Source: a virus (taxonomy: Duplodnaviria; Caudoviricetes). Taken from it: a stretch of 39,733 nucleotides of DNA. The stretch is taken from positions 1 to 39,733 of IMG/VR virus record IMGVR_UViG_3300026488_000035; one strand, given 5' to 3'. This document shows, in pieces, positions 1-9,472 of the stretch (within the stretch, counting starts at the first letter, position 1; each line of letters starts with the position of its first letter). A program made the translations under genes and the position numbers. Under the pieces are notes generated by a model. That model searched no databases and was not told the DNA's origin. It saw only the letters and a list, made by a program, of their open reading frames with translations.

Positions 1-127
1 GTCATTTTTATCCTTTTTATTTTGGTCTAACTGCATATACAAGCATATTATACTCTAATGTATTTTTAACTTTTTCAAGTCTTTTTTTGATTGTGAAAAA
101 CTCTTCTATCCCAAATTCTATAACCTT
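1..127. repeat. Terminal direct repeat, left copy (circular assembly overlap)
   Basis: 1-127 identical to 39607-39733; 127 is a common assembler k-mer size. Confidence 0.95.
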
Positions 128-136
128 AAAAGAAGA

Positions 137-496
137 TTAAAGGGAAGAAACTCTTATCTCTATCCCATCCCAGCCAGCGTTTCTAACTTTCTTAGCTCTT
201 ATTTCCACAATCTGTTTATCGTTTTTGTATGCTATCCCCTCCAAAGCGTCCTGTATTGCTTTAAGGGTATTATCCAAATCTTTTCTCCCCTGCTTTTTGC
301 AATAAAGGGTATATTCCAAAACAACATCCCCCTCCAAGACTTTAAACTTATTAACCTTTGCAAGTAAAGCAAGCGCATTTTTAAATTCTCTCCCGGCTTT
401 GCTTATATAGTGTATTATCCGCCCTCCCTTGTATGCACTTCGCCAATAAGAATTTACACTTGGGGGAATTAAGGGGGCTTTTAGATAGTTAGCCAT
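137..496 (-). CDS. rusA: RusA family Holliday junction resolvase
   Basis: PPSVNSYW N-terminus; DLDNTLKAIQDALEGIAYKNDKQIV motif. Confidence 0.92.
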   Translation of the reverse strand: MANYLKAPLIPPSVNSYWRSAYKGGRIIHYISKAGREFKNALALLAKVNKFKVLEGDVVLEYTLYCKKQGRKDLDNTLKAIQDALEGIAYKNDKQIVEIRAKKVRNAGWDGIEIRVSSL

Positions 497-734
497 TGTA
501 TTTCTTTCGTATAACTTTTATGCATGTTTTTTTCAAGTTCCCACAACAATGAATATTCGTCCCGAAATTGATATATTTTTTATCTCTTAGTCTCTCTAAA
601 ACCCCTCTAAGAGAATTATGATTAATACCTATTTCCTCAGCTATTTCTTTTAATGATATGCACCACTTCTTCTTTTGCCTAAGGAAATTAAACACCCTTT
701 CCTCATTCATTCTACCTATCTCTTGCCTCCTCAT
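489..734 (-). CDS. Winged-helix DNA-binding protein
   Basis: SLKEIAEEIGINHNSLRGVLERL HTH pattern. Confidence 0.65.
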   Translation of the reverse strand: MRRQEIGRMNEERVFNFLRQKKKWCISLKEIAEEIGINHNSLRGVLERLRDKKYINFGTNIHCCGNLKKTCIKVIRKKYNG

Positions 735-967
735 TCACACTCCTTTAAAAGTTTCTCATTAAATTTTATTGCCTTAACAACATCATTAAGTCGCTTAGCA
801 GTCTCGCTCCACTTCTCTTTATCCGTTGCACGCTTTAAGTAAAGCTCCGTGCTAAGCTTATTTAAAAGCTCTCTCCCTGCTTTAATTTTTACTTTTAGGG
901 CGTCTGTGTATTTTAAATCTTTAAAGCTTTTTGCATCTATCCCGTAATAATACATACTACCCTTCAT
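731..967 (-). CDS. Hypothetical protein
   Basis: ORF overlapping both neighbours in the operon. Confidence 0.6.
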   Translation of the reverse strand: MKGSMYYYGIDAKSFKDLKYTDALKVKIKAGRELLNKLSTELYLKRATDKEKWSETAKRLNDVVKAIKFNEKLLKECE

Positions 968-1610
968 AAAACCACTTCTCCGTTTCTCTTAATTTCCTCT
1001 CTACCTCTTTATCCTCCAAAATAAGCTCTACCCATTCCCCAGGTAAAGCCTCTACCATTTTTAAAGCTATTATCCTTATATCTCTATGCGCCGCTTTGTC
1101 TAATCTTAATCTTAAAAAGTGTAATAAACTTCTAAGATTAAATTGAATTTGGAGGGTGTAGATAAAAGCTTGCGGTAAGAGTTTAGATACTTTATCAAGC
1201 GATTTGCCCTGTTTTAGCCGCTTGATTACAATTTGTTTAATAAGTTCTAAATCTTTATCAATTTCCTCATCCCCGGTTAGCTCCATCTCAATTTCAATTT
1301 TTTTGAGTGCATATCTAGATGAGGTTACAACCTGTGAAACTCCTATTCTGTGCCTGCTCTCTTCTAACAAAGCTTTTTGGCTCATTCTAACATCAAACAC
1401 AATTTGGCTCATTTCAAGCACGCTTTCATGCTTTAAATTAAAACCTACTCTCTTAATAAGCTCAAAATCCTTTTCTCCAATCTCTTTATTAATATTATCA
1501 ATCGCCACGCTATCACTTTTATCCCAAGTTGCGTGGCTGTATCTAATACCATTTGCAATAAGCCACAATGGGCTTATATGCAAAAGTCTTACCTGCTGTT
1601 TAGTTTGCAT
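957..1610 (-). CDS. thyX: FAD-dependent thymidylate synthase
   Basis: HESVLE, RHRIGVSQVVTSSRY (RHRx7-8S), NLRSLLHFLRLR motifs. Confidence 0.92.
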   Translation of the reverse strand: MQTKQQVRLLHISPLWLIANGIRYSHATWDKSDSVAIDNINKEIGEKDFELIKRVGFNLKHESVLEMSQIVFDVRMSQKALLEESRHRIGVSQVVTSSRYALKKIEIEMELTGDEEIDKDLELIKQIVIKRLKQGKSLDKVSKLLPQAFIYTLQIQFNLRSLLHFLRLRLDKAAHRDIRIIALKMVEALPGEWVELILEDKEVERKLRETEKWFYEG

Positions 1611-2112
1611 AGTCTTCCTCCTTAATGAAAATTCCCTGCTCGTTAAGATAGCCTTTTCTATCTTTTATCTCATCCCAAGCAAGCTCGCAACAATCCATAA
1701 ATTCTATTCCCTGCCATTTGCAAAAAGCTTGCAAATCACTTATTACATTTGCAAGGGAATAAAATAAGTTTTCGTTTTTATCTCTTATTATATATTTAGC
1801 AATCTCTCCTATATCCGCTTGCAACCACATAAAAGAGTATTGCAAGTTTTCTTTATTGGCATAATAACTGCTTTGTGTATCTGGTAGATTGTCTATCTCT
1901 GCTCCCATTAATCCAGCCATAATCGTAACAACAACTGCAACATCCCCTACGCTATCTTTAATTTTTTCCATATTCCCTTTTCTAAGCCCATCAGCAAGTT
2001 CCCCAAACTCTTCCGCAAGTTTAAGGTTTTGAGCTTCAAGAGAGGAGTTTGGAATTATTCTCCTCTCTTTCGCCCAAGTGATTACTTTTCCTCTAAATTC
2101 TGTAAATATCAT
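1600..2112 (-). CDS. MazG-like nucleotide pyrophosphohydrolase
   Basis: KLAEEFGELA...DSVGD and CCELAWDEIKDRKG motifs; internal second degenerate helix pair. Confidence 0.85.
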   Translation of the reverse strand: MIFTEFRGKVITWAKERRIIPNSSLEAQNLKLAEEFGELADGLRKGNMEKIKDSVGDVAVVVTIMAGLMGAEIDNLPDTQSSYYANKENLQYSFMWLQADIGEIAKYIIRDKNENLFYSLANVISDLQAFCKWQGIEFMDCCELAWDEIKDRKGYLNEQGIFIKEEDYAN

Positions 2113-2126
2113 TTTCGCTCCTTTAC

Positions 2127-2615
2127 TTAATTGTTAATTAATAAATTAAACGGCTCTTTGCCTAAGATTTTCCTAAATTCTAGAAGTCCTGCTTTGTCTG
2201 GGTAGATACTTTTAAATAAATCTACCGCAAACAAAAGGGAATTGTTAAACATTTCTTTATCATCTTGACTCTGCTCTCTTAAAGCTTCCAAAATTTCCTC
2301 TACACTTTCCGTAAAGGTAAAATCCTTTTTCTCTACAAAATGCTTATGCAGATACATAAGCGTTAATGCAATTGTAACAATATCCACCCCTTTTATAGCT
2401 TTATCCTGCGGAATTCTTTTAAAAAAGAATTTTTCCACTTTTTTAGTTGTTATACTCTCTTTTATATTGCTAAGCTTTTTAAAAAGCCTCTCAAACTCCA
2501 TATCAAGTGCCGTCTTTTCTTTGAGCGACACTTCTTGCATATACTTTTTTGCTTCTAATAAAAAGCTATACGCCCCTAAAAGTAGGGCTTTTTCTTTTAG
2601 CTGATACTTATACAT
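2127..2615 (-). CDS. Hypothetical protein
   Basis: 162 aa ORF in operon. Confidence 0.7.
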   Translation of the reverse strand: MYKYQLKEKALLLGAYSFLLEAKKYMQEVSLKEKTALDMEFERLFKKLSNIKESITTKKVEKFFFKRIPQDKAIKGVDIVTIALTLMYLHKHFVEKKDFTFTESVEEILEALREQSQDDKEMFNNSLLFAVDLFKSIYPDKAGLLEFRKILGKEPFNLLINN

Positions 2616-2940
2616 AAATACCCCTTTCTTTTAATTTTGTCTTAATTTCTCTTAACATCTTTTGCTTTATAATAGGTCGCAAGGCTAATTTTTCTACATA
2701 CTCCTCTACTTGCGTTTTTCTAAAAAATCTTCTTCCATTAAGATAAAACCTATCTATCCATTTTGGCACCTCCCCGATTTCTTCGTATACTTTATTTTCA
2801 GTAATATAGATGCCATGCTTGATTAATATCTCCTTAACTTCTTGTATAATTTTAGCGCCTGTTACTTTTTGTAAAATAACAAACTCTTCAAATTTTAAAT
2901 AAGGATTATTCAGGAATTTTGGGAGGACTATCTTTTCCAT
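2608..2940 (-). CDS. Hypothetical protein
   Basis: 110 aa ORF with GGAGG RBS. Confidence 0.7.
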   Translation of the reverse strand: MEKIVLPKFLNNPYLKFEEFVILQKVTGAKIIQEVKEILIKHGIYITENKVYEEIGEVPKWIDRFYLNGRRFFRKTQVEEYVEKLALRPIIKQKMLREIKTKLKERGIYV

Positions 2941-3083
2941 TTTCGCCTCCCTTTAATGAAATTTAAAGCCGCCCGAAAAGTAGGCTTTATTTTACATCTA
3001 AGCACACTCTCTTCCCATATTACCAAATACTCCTTATAACCAGCTGGTATTATTTTGTACCCGTCCTTTTTAAATAAAACCAT
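2928..3083 (-). CDS. Small hypothetical protein (51 aa, MVLFKKDGYK...), not in the ORF track
   Basis: AAGGA RBS; fills the gap after ssb and overlaps the next start. Confidence 0.55.
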   Translation of the reverse strand: MVLFKKDGYKIIPAGYKEYLVIWEESVLRCKIKPTFRAALNFIKGRRKWKR

Positions 3084-3093
3084 TGTCTATCCT

Positions 3094-3510
3094 TTAAAAT
3101 GGTATTTTATCTTCATCAGTATCATTTGATGGAGCTTGATTTTGATTGTTTTGTTGTGGTTTTTGCTGGTTTTGAGCTTCACTTTTACTATCCATAAATT
3201 GCACCCTCTCAGCAATAACTGAGTGTTTACTTCTTTTTTGACCAAAACTATCCACCCACTGGTCTAAAACAAGCCTTCCCTCAACTAAAACTCTTCTACC
3301 TTTGTTTAAATACTGGTGTGCAACCTCAGCACTTCTACCAAAGACTTTTACATCAATAAACAAAACTTCTTGCTTATTCTCACCAGTTACATTATCTTTA
3401 TAAACTCTATTTACTGCAAGGGGAAAATTCCCAGCAGCTACTCCGCTTGGAGTATATCTTAACTCTACATCACGGGTAAGGTTGCCTATTAAGATTACTT
3501 TATTGAACAT
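3094..3510 (-). CDS. ssb: Single-stranded DNA-binding protein
   Basis: MFNKVILIGNLTRDVELRY start, OB-fold motifs, acidic DEDKIPF tail; start reassigned to ATG 3510. Confidence 0.95.
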   Translation of the reverse strand: MFNKVILIGNLTRDVELRYTPSGVAAGNFPLAVNRVYKDNVTGENKQEVLFIDVKVFGRSAEVAHQYLNKGRRVLVEGRLVLDQWVDSFGQKRSKHSVIAERVQFMDSKSEAQNQQKPQQNNQNQAPSNDTDEDKIPF

Positions 3511-3511
3511 T

Positions 3512-4078
3512 TTAATCCTCACAATCACAATCAATAAGCCCGAAAGCCATTTTCGCTTCTTCGTAATCGGGCTTATCTACATATTTCCCTTTGTTATAAA
3601 ATTCATACTCTTTAAGCTCTCCTGCTACATTCTTAAAGCAGGTCCAGCCCTTGTGGTATCTTCCACCACTATAAACAATAACATAACCACCTTCTGGAAT
3701 GGTGGCAACCAGTTCTGTATGTTCTCCAAGTCTTCCAGCACCTGTTGCCGAAACAATTTTCACCCCCTCGGAAGTCTCTTCAATGTGAGAAGTCCCTCTG
3801 TACGAACTTCTCACTTCTTTGTTTATTGTTATTTTTGTTTTATCTTTTTTAGCAGTTAAGATGGGTAAATTTCTTTTGTTATAATAAAGTTCAAGTTTGT
3901 TAATAGTTTCATCCCAACTCGGCGCATTTTCGGGATCTTTTTCTTGCGCCTTTTCATATTCTTCAATTATTCTTAATCCACTTCTGCTAAGAAAAATCCT
4001 TTTAGTTTCATCAGAGATGTTTTCTCCAACACCTCTTATCTCCACCACTTTTATTTCTCCAAGTTTTTTAATCTCCAT
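3512..4078 (-). CDS. Hypothetical protein
   Basis: AGGAG RBS before MEIKKL at 4078; the longer ORF-track start overlaps the helicase. Confidence 0.65.
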   Translation of the reverse strand: MEIKKLGEIKVVEIRGVGENISDETKRIFLSRSGLRIIEEYEKAQEKDPENAPSWDETINKLELYYNKRNLPILTAKKDKTKITINKEVRSSYRGTSHIEETSEGVKIVSATGAGRLGEHTELVATIPEGGYVIVYSGGRYHKGWTCFKNVAGELKEYEFYNKGKYVDKPDYEEAKMAFGLIDCDCED

Positions 4079-4139
4079 ATTTTCTCCTATCCTTCTTTTA
4101 TTTATAGTAAGATTATATAAAATTACTCTTAAAGTATCC

Positions 4140-5159
4140 TTAAAAAGGGAGACTTTCCTCAAAATTTTCCAAAACCACCTCCGCTTCTGTTTGTTGCGCT
4201 TGTGGAGGAAAGATTTCATCTAGGTAGATTTTATCTATCCAAGGCTCCCCAAGTCTATCTTTATCACATACTAGGAGCCTTACATCTTTGCGGGGAATAA
4301 GCCTACCCATTTCATCTCTTTTTGGCTTGCCTTTCTCATCTGCTTCATACACGAAGCCTAAGCCTAATACGATGTCAGCATCATATTTCTGGTCCCCGCT
4401 TTCCTTTAATATAATCCTGTTTTCTTTAATAGCTTCCTCACTAAGCTGGTTAATAAGAATAATAGTTACCCCTAACTTAATCACTAGCTCGGATAGAGTT
4501 TTAGAGATTTTACTTGCAAGTTCTTTATTGTTTGCAGCAGGAGCGGTTATCTTCATTCTACTATCTATAATAAAAAACCTAACCCCTTCTTTGTAAGCAA
4601 GGATTTTTATAGTTCTAACTAAGTCTTCTAAATCCGCACTTATATCCTCAGGGATAATGAGGTTGTTTAATTGCTGCTCTGTTACATTAATAGCCATTTT
4701 AGAGTAAAGCCTATGCAATATAAGCTCACTCATTTCATAATTAAAGTGAGCTACTTTTTCTTTTCTTGCAATATTTAAAGCTATCCTCATCATTGTAGTA
4801 GTTTTACCTGCATAACTTGCCGCTGCAAATTGTATCATTACTCCAACGGGAATGCCTCCCATGTGCTTATCTATTGCCATAATGCCGCTTTGCACTCTCT
4901 CGGCTTCTTTTATCTCTTTTTTGAGGAAGTTTTTAAGGGTAAGGAATTTAACACTATCCCCAGCCTCTACTTTCTCTATATAATCAAGCTGGGCTTTTAA
5001 GTATAATTTCTTATACTTTAAAATCTCTTCTACATTCTCCTCTGCTTGTGCTTTTTCTAATAACAACCTGTATAAATCTATCTCCAAGGAGAGTTTTTCA
5101 ATTTCACTCTCCACTCTTTTTAATTTTTCTTTTAACGTTTTAACTTTTTGCTCTAACAT
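4140..5159 (-). CDS. DnaB-like (RecA-fold) replicative helicase, motor domain
   Basis: Walker A AASYAGKT, NYEMS, FFIIDS, INQLS, LKESGDQKYDAD. Confidence 0.85.
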   Translation of the reverse strand: MLEQKVKTLKEKLKRVESEIEKLSLEIDLYRLLLEKAQAEENVEEILKYKKLYLKAQLDYIEKVEAGDSVKFLTLKNFLKKEIKEAERVQSGIMAIDKHMGGIPVGVMIQFAAASYAGKTTTMMRIALNIARKEKVAHFNYEMSELILHRLYSKMAINVTEQQLNNLIIPEDISADLEDLVRTIKILAYKEGVRFFIIDSRMKITAPAANNKELASKISKTLSELVIKLGVTIILINQLSEEAIKENRIILKESGDQKYDADIVLGLGFVYEADEKGKPKRDEMGRLIPRKDVRLLVCDKDRLGEPWIDKIYLDEIFPPQAQQTEAEVVLENFEESLPF

Positions 5160-5169
5160 AGTCTTCTCC

Positions 5170-5550
5170 TTAAATTAATGTAATTTTTTGTAACGCAACT
5201 TTTTGCTCTAACTTCCTAAGATAATACTCCACACTCTCTAAGCTATCAAGGGGGGTGGTTGCCAAGATTTCTAAAAGCTCCTCTTCATAAAAGCTCCCCT
5301 TTGCCTCTTGTATAAACAAATCGCTTAAAATCCAGCAATCATAACATCCCTCCCCCCTTGCTTCTTTTATCTCTTTAAGGGCTTCTCTTATAATTTCTGT
5401 TTGTTGCTTTGTGAATAGGTGTTTCTTGCCCTCTAAAAGCTCCTCTAATAGATTTATTTTCTTATCAGCTACCTCAGCACCCTCAAAATCAAAATGATAA
5501 ATGAGAGTGCTTAAAATAGCTCTCCTAAGGTAATTTAAACTCTTAAACAT
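5170..5550 (-). CDS. DnaB N-terminal-domain-like protein
   Basis: RRAILSTLI ... LLEILATTPLDSLESVEYYLRKL resembles the DnaB NTD; sits between initiator and helicase. Confidence 0.5.
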   Translation of the reverse strand: MFKSLNYLRRAILSTLIYHFDFEGAEVADKKINLLEELLEGKKHLFTKQQTEIIREALKEIKEARGEGCYDCWILSDLFIQEAKGSFYEEELLEILATTPLDSLESVEYYLRKLEQKVALQKITLI

Positions 5551-5551
5551 C

Positions 5552-6514
5552 TTAACCTCCTAATCCGAAAAAGAAAGTGTTCTCTTCCTCTTTTTCTTTT
5601 TGTTGTAAATATTCTAATCTTATAGAGTTAAAGTTATTCTCTAACGCTTTTGGATTTGCTAAAAACTTATAATAAAAGCTATGTTCCTTTGCAAATTCTA
5701 AAACTTCTTTTATTTCTTCTAAGGGATAAGACTTGCTAAGAGAAATGATAACATTCTCTAAGGAGAAATTTTGTTTTGGAGAGAGGATAATATTCTTTTC
5801 TTTTAAGAAAGACTTAATAAAAAAAATGAGGTTTTGTAGATTTTCTTTTGCCTTAGAAGTTTCTTTTGTTTGTTTACTTTCTTCTTCTCCCTTAGAAATG
5901 TTTTTTGCAATTTTTGAATTATTGATATTTTCTTTTTTATTATTTATTTTTTTATTTAATTCTTTTTTATTGTTATCTTTATTATTTAAAGCATCGTATT
6001 TATTTCCGTTAATATCAGTTTCTGATATTATCGCATTTTGATATTTACGCTTATTAATATTATTTTTATTAATATAATCTTTATTAATATAATTCGTTTC
6101 CTGTGTTGAATAGGGTGTTTCCTGTGTTGAATACCCCCGTTCATTATTTTGAATAGGTGTAAATTCTACGAAACTTTTATGATATAGCTCCGTAAATTTA
6201 AAGTAAAGCTTGTTGCCATCTTCTTTGTCTATCCACTTATCCAATAATCCAAAATTCACTAATTTCTTTATTATTTTTGATATACTTCCCTTTGATTTTA
6301 ATTCTAATAAGGGGTTATCCTCTATTATTTTTTTATAGCTTATCCAATAAAACGTCCCCCTTTCTGTTTCTATTTTTTTCATCTTGCCACTCGCTATAAA
6401 GTCTCTTAAATATTCTGCAACCATTGCATCTTTTATTGTTATTTTTTCTTTACTATTAAGGCTATTGTTAAAATCTACAATAGCCCTTGCGTTTATAAGA
6501 TATGTATATTTCAT
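5552..6514 (-). CDS. Replication initiator protein (lambda O-like organisation)
   Basis: N-terminal wHTH, low-complexity linker with DNA repeats, upstream of helicase. Confidence 0.75.
   Translation of the reverse strand: MKYTYLINARAIVDFNNSLNSKEKITIKDAMVAEYLRDFIASGKMKKIETERGTFYWISYKKIIEDNPLLELKSKGSISKIIKKLVNFGLLDKWIDKEDGNKLYFKFTELYHKSFVEFTPIQNNERGYSTQETPYSTQETNYINKDYINKNNINKRKYQNAIISETDINGNKYDALNNKDNNKKELNKKINNKKENINNSKIAKNISKGEEESKQTKETSKAKENLQNLIFFIKSFLKEKNIILSPKQNFSLENVIISLSKSYPLEEIKEVLEFAKEHSFYYKFLANPKALENNFNSIRLEYLQQKEKEEENTFFFGLGG
6051..6155. other. Putative replication origin (iterons plus AT-rich repeats) inside the initiator gene
   Basis: GTTTCCTGTGTTGAATA at 6096 and 6117, degenerate third copy ending 6155; adjacent TTATTAATAT x3. 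Confidence 0.6.
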
Positions 6515-6663
6515 TTCTGCTCCTCCTCTTTTTCCTTAATATATTCTTCAATCCACTTTCTAATTACTTTGCTCATAGACTTATCTTCTTTGTCTATGAG
6601 CTCTTTGAATTTTTCATATGTTTCTGTTCTTAGCCTTAATGTTAGAAATCTCCATTCTCTCAT
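6511..6663 (-). CDS. Ribbon-helix-helix (Arc/CopG-like) regulator, 50 aa, not in the ORF track
   Basis: MREWRFLTLRLRTETYEKFKELIDKEDKSMSKVIRKWIEEYI; AAGGA RBS; ATGA overlap with the initiator. Confidence 0.8.
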   Translation of the reverse strand: MREWRFLTLRLRTETYEKFKELIDKEDKSMSKVIRKWIEEYIKEKEEEQK

Positions 6664-6682
6664 ATCTATCCTTTTTTATATA

Positions 6683-6691
6683 ATTTTATCA
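6683..6691 (-). promoter_or_regulatory. Extended -10 promoter of the replication operon
   Basis: TGATAAAAT about 20 nt upstream of the RHH start. Confidence 0.5.
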
Positions 6692-6839
6692 AAAAAACTT
6701 GCTTTTTAAAGGGAAATTTATTATAATTTTATTGTTCCCTTTTTCTCCTTTTTAGAATTCTCCTTTTTCTTGTTTTTTCTTTTATGCTTAAAAAGTGTCT
6801 GTTACTTTTTGTAAACAATAAGAGGCAAAAAGAGGAGGG

Positions 6840-7109
6840 TTATAGATTTTCTTTTATTTGCAAAAACTCTACTTTGCGTCCCGTTACTTTGTCTAGGGCT
6901 TTAAAAGCAATCTCTATAAACCCCATTTTCAAAAGTTCATTCACCCTCCCGCTAACTGAGTTAATAGGCAATCCCAGCCCACGCATAATATCCCCTCTAC
7001 TGCAAGGCTGGTTAGCCTTTATGAATTCTAATATTTGCAAGCGTTGCGAAGAGTTTCTGCCGCTTGCAATGTTTTCAGCGTATGCAAGGATGGAAGTTTC
7101 TTTAACCAT
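6840..7109 (-). CDS. Winged-helix DNA-binding protein
   Basis: SRGDIMRGLGLPINSVSGRVNELLKMG. Confidence 0.75.
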   Translation of the reverse strand: MVKETSILAYAENIASGRNSSQRLQILEFIKANQPCSRGDIMRGLGLPINSVSGRVNELLKMGFIEIAFKALDKVTGRKVEFLQIKENL

Positions 7110-7110
7110 T

Positions 7111-7881
7111 TTACCCCTCCTTTTTGTAGAGGATTATAGCGTCTCCATTACGATTTACATCGTAATAGAGACACTCCCCTATTTTTTCTTCTTGAGAATG
7201 TCCTGCATAATAATATAACTCGCCATTTTTCTTAAAGAACCCTGCTCTACTAGATAGAGCATAGATTATTTTTAATTTTGTGATTTTATGATTTATTAGT
7301 ACAGCGTTATAATCGCCTAATACATAAAGGCACTTTTCGCCCCTGAAAATAGGGGCGGTTATATCCCTGCTATAATTTTGATAATCAAGCTCTTTAAAAT
7401 GAATATTTTTTTCAAAAAGCTTTCTTCTCTCTTCTTTAAGCCTAATCTTTTCTTTTACTACTACATAATTTAAATACCCTTTATTTTCTAGAATATCTTT
7501 TACAACCTCAATTTGAAATCTTTCAAACTCTCCTCTTAATTTTTGTAAGAGGAGAGAATTGATTTTTTCAATTATTGATTTAGGTAGGAATTTATTTTGG
7601 TAGAAGTAATATCCTATTTCAAATATACTATGATTTCTTTTTACAAAAGGATCAATGAAGGAAGCGTAAAACAAATTAATTGCCTCTTCATCGTTTTTCA
7701 ATACAATGCAAGAGAATAATTTATAATTATTTTGTAATTTTTCTTCACCTGCGAAGTCGCTATTATAATCGTGGCTTGTAAAATAATCATTCACGAAGCC
7801 GCCTTTGAAAAAATCCAAAGTAGCTTCTTTATCCGCCACTTTTTTAAAAGCCTCTAAATAAATTTTTTTAATTGTTTCCAT
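7111..7881 (-). CDS. Hypothetical protein
   Basis: 256 aa ORF with AAGGAG RBS. Confidence 0.75.
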   Translation of the reverse strand: METIKKIYLEAFKKVADKEATLDFFKGGFVNDYFTSHDYNSDFAGEEKLQNNYKLFSCIVLKNDEEAINLFYASFIDPFVKRNHSIFEIGYYFYQNKFLPKSIIEKINSLLLQKLRGEFERFQIEVVKDILENKGYLNYVVVKEKIRLKEERRKLFEKNIHFKELDYQNYSRDITAPIFRGEKCLYVLGDYNAVLINHKITKLKIIYALSSRAGFFKKNGELYYYAGHSQEEKIGECLYYDVNRNGDAIILYKKEG

Positions 7882-7924
7882 TTTTTCTCCTTAATTTAAT
7901 TATTTTTCACCCCATCTCCAAACC

Positions 7925-7970
7925 GCTCTCCACCTATAAAGCCTCCGTAGAGACCTTACAGGTAGGGAGC
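7925..7970 (-). promoter_or_regulatory. Intergenic RNA hairpin with c(UACG)g loop
   Basis: CTCCCTACCTGTAAGGTCTC-TACG-GAGGCTTTATAGGTGGAGAG directly after a stop codon. Confidence 0.55.
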
Positions 7971-8155
7971 TATTTTAAAAGCTCCAAAAGCTCCTCTACC
8001 TTAATTCCTAAAAACTCCGCCAGCGGTTTTAAATACTGCGTGGGGAGCTTGTTTGTTTTAAGATAATAATTTAAAGTTTGTCTTTTAATTCCTAAGTAGC
8101 GAGCCACGCTTGCTTGCGTGACCCCTTTTTGTTTAAGATAATCTTTTAACTGCAT
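7970..8155 (-). CDS. Cro/XRE family HTH regulator
   Basis: GVTQASVARYLGIKRQTLNYY...LAEFLGI. Confidence 0.85.
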   Translation of the reverse strand: MQLKDYLKQKGVTQASVARYLGIKRQTLNYYLKTNKLPTQYLKPLAEFLGIKVEELLELLK

Positions 8156-8496
8156 TTTGCCCTCCTTTGTTTTCTTTTTGCTTCTTCTGCTCTAAGCCAA
8201 TATTTTAAAGTCAGCGGGCTTTTATTGCCCGCTAGTTTTATTTCTCTTAAAAATCTACCCCACACCCTGTCTATAAGCTCTTTTGGTGGGGATATTATTA
8301 ACGGATTGTTAAATCCTAAATTATATTCTATTTTCTCAACCTCATCTGCTTTGTATCCACTCAAAAACAACTCCCATAATTCATCTTCAAGCCATTTATC
8401 ATCAATCTCCACCTCAACCTCAAACCTTTTTTTGTCAAGGTTGAGGGGAGATGTGATATAGCACATTTCCTTGATGTCTCTTAATCCCTCAGTCAT
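8146..8496 (-). CDS. Hypothetical protein
   Basis: ORF overlapping both neighbours. Confidence 0.65.
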   Translation of the reverse strand: MTEGLRDIKEMCYITSPLNLDKKRFEVEVEIDDKWLEDELWELFLSGYKADEVEKIEYNLGFNNPLIISPPKELIDRVWGRFLREIKLAGNKSPLTLKYWLRAEEAKRKQRRAKCS

Positions 8497-9110
8497 TCCC
8501 CCACCTCCTCTGTTTTTTGAGGGGAACTGTTTAGTAGCTCCTCCTCTTTTTTGATTTTTTCTAATTTTTTTAGTAAGACATCTTTTGCTTTATAATAGGC
8601 TTCTTCGTTTAACTCATCTACGCTCCCAACTCCAAGCCACTTTAAAAACTTCTTAACATCCGATTTTGTGGCTTGGAGAAGAGATAATATCTCTTCTTTT
8701 TCTTTTTTTGCAATACTTTTCTGTCCGTGAGCGTCATTGTCCTCATCGCTCGCAATACCTACTGCGAGCGAGAGGCCGTAACGCCTTAAATAAGTTAATC
8801 CACTCCCTATGCTTTGATAATCATTCATCCCCCTGAGCTGGTTGTAGGGGGCGGCAACTTTGCTTTCTATAAATTCATCCTCATAAAAGAGAGTGGTAGT
8901 GACCTCTAAAACACCCTCTTTGAAAAAATTTGATGTTTGGATGAAGCTTATTCCGTGCTTAGCAAGCACTCCTCTCACGATTTTCAGCACTTCATCAAGA
9001 GGGGCGTATTTATATCCATACCCCTCTTTTGACTTATTTGCATCTCTCAACTCTGCCTGAGCTTTGGCGAGAGCTGAGGTTAGTTTTGAGATATTATTGC
9101 TTCTACTCAT
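8493..9110 (-). CDS. ERF family single-strand annealing protein
   Basis: YKYAPLDEV and QSIGSGLTYLRRYGLSLAVGIASDEDND motifs. Confidence 0.92.
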   Translation of the reverse strand: MSRSNNISKLTSALAKAQAELRDANKSKEGYGYKYAPLDEVLKIVRGVLAKHGISFIQTSNFFKEGVLEVTTTLFYEDEFIESKVAAPYNQLRGMNDYQSIGSGLTYLRRYGLSLAVGIASDEDNDAHGQKSIAKKEKEEILSLLQATKSDVKKFLKWLGVGSVDELNEEAYYKAKDVLLKKLEKIKKEEELLNSSPQKTEEVGE

Positions 9111-9393
9111 CTTTTGCCTCCTCTAATTTTTTGTTTACTTTTTTAATTTTTTGTCTTTCATTATCTACAAAATTTTTAATTTCAATTAAAACCTCATCAA
9201 ACTCATCAAAATTATTTACTTCAACATAAAGCTCTCCTGTATTATAATCATATTTAACATCAGGGAAGCTATTATAATCAATAACACTTCTCACATTATC
9301 TATTTTAGGAGCAGTTATAATAAACTCTTCTCTCTCTTCTATAAATTTAACCCCTAACTCTTTTAAAAATTTATTCATTTTAATTTTCAACAT
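9103..9393 (-). CDS. Hypothetical protein
   Basis: GGAGG RBS; in operon. Confidence 0.65.
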   Translation of the reverse strand: MLKIKMNKFLKELGVKFIEEREEFIITAPKIDNVRSVIDYNSFPDVKYDYNTGELYVEVNNFDEFDEVLIEIKNFVDNERQKIKKVNKKLEEAKDE

Positions 9394-9472
9394 CTTACAC
9401 CTCCTCTTTTGATTTTAGATATAATTCTTTTATAACATCATAAGCCTCTCTTGCTCTCATTTTTTTATTTTT

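Noticed and set aside
1-127. Biological terminal repeats of the virion DNA
   Set aside because: Length equals a standard k-mer overlap and PBSX-type terminases usually package headfuls; treated as a circularisation artefact
9395-9460. 21-codon ORF MRAREAYDVIKELYLKSKEEV
   Set aside because: Fills the gap neatly but has no clear RBS and is too short to support
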